DNA from: Anaeramoeba ignava BMAN
Taxonomy: Eukaryota > Protista > Anaeramoebae
Direction: 5' to 3'
NCBI GenBank assembly: GCA_028826165.1
Contig: JAPDFW010000081.1
Coordinates: 620,001-684,000 of the forward strand
DNA: 64,000 nucleotides
A model generated the notes under the pieces. It did no database searches and was not told the origin of the DNA. It saw only the letters and a list, made by a program, of their open reading frames with translations. The translations under genes and the position numbers were made by a program. Shown piece after piece: positions 54,615 through 64,000 of the stretch. Position 1 is the stretch's first letter; every line of letters starts with the position of its first letter.

Positions 54615-57600
54615 ATGCAAACAAATCATTGGGAAAAAATTCAAGAAGTATCAATAGAAGCAGGAATTTTATTACAAAAATTTCAATCAAAATTAACCAA
54701 TATTGTAGTTGCTATTGCTCAAGTTGAAGGACCAATGGTTAATGGATATGTTGCAATTCCAACTGAAGCGAAAGATGATGATGGTTGTCCTCATGTTTTA
54801 GAGCATTCAATATTTCTAGGGAGTGAAGAATATCCATATAAAGTGATTTCAATTAAAAAACATTTAAAAAATTTCATTTAAATAATTATAATTAAAATCA
54901 TAAAAAGGGACTTTTAGATTTAGTTGCTAATAGATGTTTTGCTGAAGGAACAAATGCTTGGACTGTATTTTCAAAATATATTATTTTTAAATTTTTAAAT
55001 TTTTAAATTTTTATTCTTTTATCATTTAATTCCTCTTTTTATAGGCAACAGGTAAATTATAAATTACAAATTAAATTGAAATTATAAATTGAAATTAAAT
55101 TAAAATTAAATTATAAATGAAATTGAAATTAAATTATAAATTAAATTTTATAAATTGAAATCAAATTTAAATCAAATTGAAATTGAAATTAAATTAAAAT
55201 TAAAATTAAAATTAAATTAAAATTAAATTAAAATTAAATTAAAATTAAATTTAAAATCAAATTGAAATTGAAATTAAAATTGAAATCAAATTATAAATTA
55301 AATTATAAATCAAATTATAAATTAAAATTAAAATGAAATGAAATCAAATTAAATTATGAAATTGAAATTAAATTGAAATTAAATTGAAATTAAATTGAAA
55401 TTAAATTGAAATTAAATTGAAATTAAATTGAAATTAAATTGAAATTAAATTGAAATTAAATTGAAATTAAATTGAAATTAAATTAAATTATAAATTGAAA
55501 TTACAATGAAATTAAATTGAAATTAAATTACAAATTGAAATTAAATTAAATTAAAATTAAATTGAAATTAAATTGAAATTAAATTAAATTATAAATTACA
55601 AATTAAATTGAAATTATAAAATGAAATTATAAATTGAAATTATAAATCAAATTAAATTATAAATTAAATTGAAATTAAATTATAAAATGAAATTAAATTA
55701 TAAATTAAAATGAAATTAAATTATAAATTAAATTACAAATTAAATTAAAATTAATTACAAATTAAATTTTATAAATTGAAATCAAATTAAATTATAAATT
55801 GAAATTAAATTAAAATTAAATTGAAATTAAATTAAAATTAAATTGAAATTAAATTGAAATTGAAATTAAATTAAAATTAAATTAAAATTAAATTAAATTA
55901 TAAATTAAATTAAATTATAAATTAAATTATAAATCAAATTAAATTGAAATTAAAATGAAATTAAATGAATTACAAATTGAAATATAATTAAAATTAAATA
56001 AATTGAAATTAAATTGAAATTAAATTAAATTAAAATTAAATTAAAATGAAATTAAATTATAAATTACAAATTAAATTAAAATAAATTGAAATCAAATTAA
56101 ATTATAAATTGAAATTAAATTACAAATTAAATTGAAATTAAATTGAAATTAAATTGAAATTAAATTAAAATTAAATTAAAATTAAATTAAAATTAAATTA
56201 TAAATTAAATTAAATTATAAATCAAATTAAATTGAAATTAAAATGAAATTAAAATTAAATTAAATTACAAATTGAAATTATATTAAAATTAAATTGAAAT
56301 TAAATTAAATTGAAATTAAATTAAAATTAAAATTAAATTGAAATCAAATTCTAAAGATCATACAGCATACGTATATCAAACAGCTGGAGATCAAGGATTT
56401 CTTCAACTTTTACCAGTTTTTATTGATCACATACTCTTTCCATTACTTCAACAAGAAGGCTTCCTCACAGAAGTACATCACATAGACGGAGAAGGGAAAG
56501 ACTCCGGAGTTGTTTACAACGAAATGCAAGCAATCGAGAACACAAACTCAAGACTAAGTTATCGAACTTTAAAACAGAAATTATTTACTGACGAAAGTGG
56601 ATACTCATCAGAAACTGGCGGGAAAGTTGAAAACTTACGGAAACTTCAGCTTGAAAAAGTGAAGCAATTTCACAAGCAACTGTACAGACCAGACAATATG
56701 GAGATTATTATAATTGGCAAAATTAACCCAGAAGACGTTTTCCAAAAATTATACCCGATCGAGATGAAAATCAAGAAAAAAAATGAAGATCAAAAAGAAA
56801 AATCAAATGAAAGACCTTGGTCCTCTCCCTTGCCAAAACTACAAGAGTCAGTTGATGTTACAGTCAAATTTCCTGATGATGCCGAGGAAACAGGAATCGT
56901 TCGTATTGGCTTTCGCGGCTTGAAATACAACCAGTTTTTGAAAAATCATGCAATAGAACTTCTTTTGGATTATCTTACTGAAACAGCAATATCACCATTA
57001 CAAAGTGCTATGATAGAGATTGAAGACCCCTTTTGCACAGAAATCGCCGCAGGCACATTTGACTACTCGGAAACAGCGAGCATGTTCACATTCGAAGGCG
57101 TTCCAAAAAGTAAATTGTATATGATAAAAGATAAATTTTTCGAGGTGATCAACAAAATTATTTCCGAAAAGAACTTTGATCTTGACAGAATGACTGCGCT
57201 AATGACGCGGCAAAGATTGCAGTATCTCGATATCCTTGAGTCAAAGCCGCAGTCGAGAATCCCATATTTTTTTATTTTCGACTTTTTGTATAATGATCCA
57301 AAAAACGCAGATAATTTCAAACAGATTTTTAACGTCAACGAAAGACTCAAAGAGTTGGAAGCCAAAGACAAACAATTTTGGCTCGACTTGATCAAAGAAT
57401 CCTTTGGTGAGAAGCACTATGTCTGTGTTGTCGGAGAGCCATCTAAAGAAAAAGGAAAAGAATTGCAAGAAGCTGAAAAATTGAGGTTGGAAAAACAAAA
57501 ACAAGAACTGGGAGATCAAAGAATCAAAGAATTGGATGAAGAGTTGAAAAAAGCGATAGAGACTGTGTCGAAAGAAATCCCCAAAGAAGTCATCAATAGT

Positions 57601-59196
57601 TTCGAAATCCCCGACATTAGTAGAATTGGGAAAATCCCGATCACAACGCAAATCAACGATGAAAAATCTCTGGAAATCAATGAAGACAAGGAGAAAGCCG
57701 AGAAATTATACGCACATTTGGGCATGCAAGAGGATCCTCACGTCCCTTTTTTTATCCAGTTTGATCAAATAACATCCTCTTTTGTCGAATATCGAGTGCT
57801 TCTTGACAGTTCCAAATTACCTTCAAATTTGCGACCTTTTATTGAATTATATCTGGAAGTTATTTTTAAAACACAAATTCAACAAGAAGGCGGAGAACTA
57901 ATCTCGCACGAACAAGTAGTCTCAAAACTGGAGAAGGACACCATTTCATATTCAAACTCAGTCGGATTCGAAGGCAGTCAAAACTTCTCATGCGGAGCAT
58001 TTGGTCAACTTGTTATTCTTCAAATCAAATGCGAATCAGCAAAATATCGTTTGGGAATTGAGTGGATTAGAGACATTTTGTGGAATACTCTTTTCCCAAT
58101 AGAAAGACTCAAGGTTGCTGCAACAACGCTTCTTAACGACGTAGCAAGAAACAAACGAGACGGAATGAAAGTCGCTTTTTCAGGAATAAAGAGTCTTCTT
58201 TTTGATAAAGAAAAAAGTAACCATGTCGCTACAAATATGATCAATCAACACAAGTTTTTGACACAATTTATGAAAGATTTGGAGCAAAATGAAAAGTCCG
58301 CAATCGATCTATTCTATCAGTTTAGAAACCAGTTGTGCAAACTTGAAAATTTGCGAATTCAAGTTGTTGGTGATATTTTGTCATTGGAAAAACCAAAAGA
58401 ACCTTGGAATGATATTTTTGTTCCTTCGAAAATCAAGGAGCAGAAAATGGAAGAAAAAACCGAAAACGAAAAAATCAATCAAAATCAATCTTTTATTGCT
58501 CAATTAACTCAATTCAAGAATTCCAACCAACTCAAACGAGAAAAAAAAGAAAAAATCGGTGCCGTTATAGGATTATCATCAGTAGAAAGCACCTTTTCTG
58601 TTCAAGCAGTTAACGGACTTGAAAGCTTTGATCACAATGATATTCCCGCTTTATCAATTGCGATCAAATATTTAACGACAATGGAGGGAATAATGTGGAA
58701 CAAAATTCGCGGATTGGGTCTTGCTTACGGATACGGCATTTTCTCACTTGTGGAACAGGGATTCATATACTTCTACTTGTATAGAGCAGGTGATTCAGTC
58801 AAGGCTTATTTGCAAACAAAAGAAATGATTGATGATTTTCTTTCCAAAAAAATTCAGTTCGAAAAAGATGAATTTGATGCTGCAAAAACCGTTGTTATTT
58901 CTTCTTTGATTAGAAGAGAATCAAAGACTTCTTCAAGAGGTCTTCAATCTTTAATGGACCTTTTTAGAAAAATCCCAAGATACAATCAACTTTTGTTGAT
59001 CAAAACTCAACAAGTCCAAATTGATGATCTTTATTTAGTTTTGGAAAAATATCTTAAACCTTTATTTGATGAGAATTCTACAGATCTTATTCTTGTTACA
59101 AATCCTTCTAATGTTCAATCAATTCAACAAGGTTTTGAGAAAATGAATCGCAAGTTAGAATTGTTTGAAGATGTTGAAAGTTTTTTTGAGCGTTAA
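54615..59196 (+). CDS. M16 family zinc metallopeptidase (presequence protease/M16C-related); exons 54615-54842, 54908-54964, 55045-55051, 56357-59196
   Basis: Inverted zinc motif HVLEH (DDDGCPHVLEHSIFLGSEEYPYK|GLLD), GTNAWT|AT|DHTAY, GVVYNEMQ, IRGLGLAYG. Confidence 0.92.
55060..56345 (+). repeat. Intronic ~11-mer satellite (AAATTGAAATT-like)
   Basis: Directly visible; fills intron 55052-56356. Confidence 0.9.
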
Positions 59197-59297
59197 ATTC
59201 AACAAAAAAAACCATTTTTTTTTTTTTCATTTTTTTCATTTTTTTTTTTCAAATCTAAAGAAAGAAAAGTTAAACAGAATAAAAGAATTTTTAAACA

Positions 59298-61381
59298 ATG
59301 AATCCATTTCAAAATGAATTTAAAAATAATCAATTTAAATTTCAACAAATAAATCCATTTGAAGATGATGAATTTAAAAATGAAAATGAAAATGAAAATG
59401 AATTTAAAAATAATAATAAAAATAATCAATTTAAATTTCAACAAATAAATCCATTTGAAGATAATGATGAATTTGAAAATGATAATAAACAAAATGAATT
59501 TAAAAATGATAATAAAAATAATCAATTTAAATTTCAACAAATAAATCCATTTGAAGATAATGATGAATTTGAAAATAATAATAAAAATAATCAATTTAAA
59601 AATGAATTTAAAAATAATCAATTTAATAATAATAAATCAATTTAAATTTCAACAAATAAATCCATTTGAAGATAATGATGAATTTGAAAATGATAATAAA
59701 AATGAAAATGAATTTCAAAATGAATTTAAAAATAATCAATTTAAATTTCAACAAATAAATCCATTTGAAAATGAAAATGAATTTGAAAATGATAATAAAC
59801 AAAATGAATTTCAAAATGATAATAAAAATAATCAATTTAAATTTCAACAAATAAACCCATTTGAAAATGAAAATGAATTTGAAAATGATAATAAAAATGA
59901 AAATGAATTTCAAAATAATAATAAAAATAATCAATTTAAATTTCAACAAATAAATCCATTTGAAGATAATGATGAATTTGAAAATGAATTTGAATATGAT
60001 GATCCATTTAAAGATGAAGATCCATTTAAAGATGATAATGAATTTGAAAATGAAAATAATCAAAATCAAAATCAAAATCAAAATCAAAATCAAAATCAAA
60101 ATCAAAATCAAAATCAAAATCAAAATCAAAATAAAAATAAAAATCAAAATCAAAATCATAATGAAAATCAAAATGAATTCGTTTCAGGAGATAATGCCCT
60201 TGAATTTCTTTCTAATCATCAAAAAGAATTTGAAAAAGATAATTTTTTAATTCAATCCCCTGTTAATTTCAATTTAAATTCTAGTAAAGATCAAAAAGTA
60301 GCTTTTAATGAAAATCAAAATTTTCAATCTCCTCAAACATTTTTTAAGCTAAAATCTTTTCCATTTACTCCTTTATCAAATAATAACTTTCATTTTACTC
60401 CTCCCAATTCAAATTCTCAAGAAAATCAATTAAATCAATTAAATCAATTAAATCAATTAAATCAATTAAATCAATCAAATCAATTAAATCAATTAAATCA
60501 ATTAAATCAATTAAATCAATTAAATCAATTAAATCAATTAAATCAAGAAAATCAATTAAATCAATTAAATCAATTAAATCAATTAAATCAATCAAATCAA
60601 TCAAATCAAAAAAATGAAAATCAAAATAAAAAAAATCTTCATTCAAAATTAAAAAACTCAATCCAAAACCAAAATATTCAAGAAAATCAATTTGTATTAA
60701 TCAAAAATGAAATAATATCATTTGGATTTTGCTTTCCCAAATCAAGAAAAAACAAGAAAAATACCAATTAAAATACAATCAAAAGATTTCAAATCAATCC
60801 GAATTCAAGAAATCCAAATACTTGGAGATAAAATATCACAACGTTCATTTCAAATAATAAATTCACTTCCAATTTTAATCAATTCAAAAAATAGAAAAAT
60901 TGAAATTGAAATTAAAATGAAATATTTTTCAATTCAAAATGATAATCAAAAAGAAGAAAAAACTCAATTAAATTCAAGTTTACTTCTAAATTTTCTAATG
61001 AAAACAAAAAATGGAAAAATAAATAAATTTGATAAATATATTGATTTAAATGCAATAGTTATTGAAGGTCCATTAATTATAAAACCAAATGATATTGAAA
61101 ATGAAATTAATCAAATTTTAAAATCAAAATCAGATTTTGAAGAAATTAAATTTCAAATTATGAATTTAAGTGATAATATTGATATTATTTGTGTTATTAA
61201 TGTTGATAAACCTTTCTTTTTAAAAGAAAAAGAACAAAATATTTTAAAAGTTGAAAAATTACAAACAAAATATCTTGAAATTGGAATGAAAAAAGAAAAT
61301 GAAAAACAATTTAAACAAAAAAGGAAATTTTCAATTTTTACATCATTTGGTCAATATTATAATTATTTTTATAATTATTAA
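59298..61381 (+). CDS. NPF/DPF-repeat protein with low-complexity middle and probable Ig-like beta C-terminus; three track ORFs joined across frameshifts near 59636 and 60738
   Basis: 8 NPF motifs (mostly FKFQQINPFE[DN]), 2 DPF motifs, NQ/NQL tracts, then ISFGFCFP|NQEKTRKIPIKI...; Inr-like TCATTT just upstream. Confidence 0.65.
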
Positions 61382-61445
61382 TAACAAAATAAAATCCAAA
61401 ATTCAACAAAAAAAAAACAGAGAAAATTTTTATTCTTTCAGAAAT

Positions 61446-62040
61446 TTAAATTAAAATTAAAATTGAATTTAAAATTGAAATTAAAATTAAAATTAAAATT
61501 GAAATTAAAATTAAAATTAAAATTAAAATTAAAATTGAATTTGAATTTAGAATTAAAATTGAATTAAAATTAAAATTAAAATTAAAATTGAAATTAAAAT
61601 TAAAATTGAAATTAAAATTAAAATTAAAATTGAAATTAAAATTGAAATTAAAATTAAAATTAAAATTAAAATTAAAATTAAAATTGAAATTAAAATTGAA
61701 ATTAAAATTAAAATTAAAATTAAAATTAAAATTGAAATTGAAATTAAAATTAAAATTAAAATTAAAATTAAAATTGAAATTGAAATTGAAATTGAAATTA
61801 AAATTAAAATTAAAATTGAAATTAAATTTGAAATTGAAATTAAAATTAAAATTAAAATTAAAATTGAAATTGAAATTGAAATTGAAATTGGAATTGGAAT
61901 TAAAATTAAAATTGAATTTGAAATTAAAATTAAAATTGAAATTGAAATTAAATTTAAAATTGAATTTGAAATTGAAATTAAAATTGAAATTAAATTTAAA
62001 ATTAAAATTGGAATTGAAATTGAGTTCGAAATTAAAATCT
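61446..62040. repeat. (AAAATT/GAAATT)n hexamer tract between convergent 3' ends
   Basis: Directly visible; source of the spurious KL/NF ORFs. Confidence 0.95.
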
Positions 62041-64000
62041 TTATCCTTTAAAAGCTTGAGCCAATTTATGAAACTGTTCAACAATTACAGGAAATAAAGA
62101 AGTATAAGATTCATGGATTAATTCTTGAAAATATTTAACAGCATCTTCATTTGATAAATCTAATTGATATTTCTGTTGAATTTTTAATAAACAACCATCT
62201 TTGTCTCTTGATATATCTGGAATATTTGCATCAAGCATTAAAGAAAATAAATTCAATATTAAATTTGCTGATTTACGCAAAATATTAAAGGCTTCACAAC
62301 AATATTGTTTAAACGAAAGAAATTCTGGACTTGCAAGATCTCCCATTGCAACAACCATTTCTTTACTTAGTTTGAATGGTGGAGGAAATGGTTTTGGATC
62401 TCTTCCCAAAATATATCCAAAATCGATATGAAAAAGATGTCCATCAGGAGTTAATAATATATTATCTTTTTAAATATAAATCAAATATAAATCAAATATA
62501 AATTAAATATAAATTAAATATAAATTAAATTTAAATTAAATATAAATTAAATATAAATTAAATATAAATCAATTATAAATCAAATATAAATTAAATATAA
62601 ATCAAATATAAATCAAATATAAATTAAATATAAATTAAATATAAATTAAATATAAATTAAATATAAATTAAATATTAATTAAATATAAAATATAAATTAA
62701 ATATAAATTAAATATAAATCAAATATAAATTAAATATAAATTAAATATAAATTAAATATAAATTAAATATAAATTAAATATAAATCAAATATAAATTGAT
62801 TTTTTGATTTTAAATTGATTATAATTCACCTAAATGTCGATCACCAATACCCAAAAGATAAGTAATAACACAATATCCAGCACAACTCTTTACGTAATTC
62901 TCAATAATTTTTTTTTCATCTTTTTGATATTCACTTTCTGAATTTTTATATTTCTTTCTAAAATAATTGCGAATTGATTTATATTTTTTCAATATCTCTG
63001 CAACAGCTTTAACATCATTAACTTTTTCAATAAAACCAAAATTATTACTCACTGCAAGAACCTTATAAGGTGTTAATTCCAAATCTAAATCTTCCTTTTT
63101 CAAAAGTTTATCCATTAAATTAATCATTTGAATAATTAATTGGTCTTGTCTCATATCATCACCCAATTTGATAATAATTCCATAATTTTGAGTAAATGAT
63201 TCAGAATCAATTTTCAAATCTAATCCAATTGGTTGAAGTGCTGATTTAAAAATGTATGATGTCTCATGACGAATTCCTGAAACTATGATATTTGGATTCA
63301 GTGGATCTGAAATTGGTTCAAATGTATTTAATCCAGAAAATTTTCCTTGTTGACCCAATAATTGTCGAAGTTTTGTAATTTTTTTGGGTCGATTTTCCTT
63401 CATAGATTTAATACTTTCTTGTAGTTTTGTTAAAGTATCTACATAATTTTTTTGTCTGTTAAGCATTTCCATTGCTCCAGGATTAGAAATGGACTTTTTG
63501 AATTAAATCAAAATCAAATTAAATTAAATAAATTAAATCAAATCAAATTAAATTAAAATTAAAATTAAATCAAATCAAATCAAATTAAATTAAATCAAAT
63601 TAAATTAAAATAAATCAAATCAAATCAAATTAAATTAAATTAAATTAAATTAAATTAAATCAAATTAAATTAAATCAAATCAAATTAAATCAAATTAAAT
63701 CAAATTAAATTCAAATTAAATTAAAATTAAAATTAAATAAAATTAAATTAAATTCAAATTAAATTAAATTAAATTAAATTAATTAAAATTAAATTTAAAT
63801 TAAATTAAATTAAATTAAATTAAAATTAAATGTTCACATTCAAATATTTGAATTTTGCTAAAACATTTGTAAACATGGATCCATATTCATTATCTTCAGT
63901 TGCAACTACTAAATACCAGTATAAACAACTTGCAAATATTTGACTTAATGTTGATCTTTCAATTAAAAAATTCATAAGATCCGAATTAAGTGGATCTTTT
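62041..64000 (-). CDS. VPS34: Class III phosphatidylinositol 3-kinase Vps34, 5'-partial (last three exons)
   Basis: FKSALQP...KLGDDMRQDQLIIQMINLMDKLLKKEDLDLELTPYKVLA...YVKSCAGYCVITYLLGIGDRHL|DNILLTPDGHLFHIDFGYILGRDPKPFPPPFKLSKEMV. Confidence 0.97.

Noticed and set aside
57063-58507. Antisense and alternative-frame ORFs within the M16 exon (and 21136-22151 in the MENTAL-like gene)
   Set aside because: By-products of locally higher GC coding sequence, with no recognisable motifs.

Overview
Very AT-rich, gene-dense, intron-rich eukaryotic (protist) nuclear DNA using the standard code. Low-complexity hexamer tracts, BTB expansions, a PAS/RGS/DUF547 protein and Trichomonas-like TCATTT 5' elements suggest an Anaeramoeba-like metamonad; this is inference, not proven. 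Manual splicing gives 15 protein genes: SLC35E3-like transporter (partial), PAS-coiled-coil-RGS-DUF547, BTB-GATase-like, Rab5, PLRG1/Prp46, a LolD/MacB-type ABC ATPase, a MENTAL-like membrane domain fused to a bacterial-type beta-barrel, two tandem BTB-BTB-ARM genes, an H2A variant, a ~2,390-aa FG-GAP/FN3 type I membrane protein, a CUL1/CUL2-like cullin, an M16 peptidase, an NPF/DPF-repeat protein and Vps34 (partial). Large introns and spacers are filled with locus-specific 6-14-bp satellites, which explain most short low-complexity ORFs in the track. Best leads: (1) BTB-BTB-ARM genes with about one phase-1 exon per repeat, recent exon duplications and gene-converted BTBs; (2) a STARD3-like protein whose START domain is replaced by a bacterial-type fold; (3) a 146-bp satellite beside an acidic-patch-altered H2A; (4) a 7-nt microexon; (5) a shared Inr-like promoter element. 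Family assignments come from motif recognition only; no searches were run.
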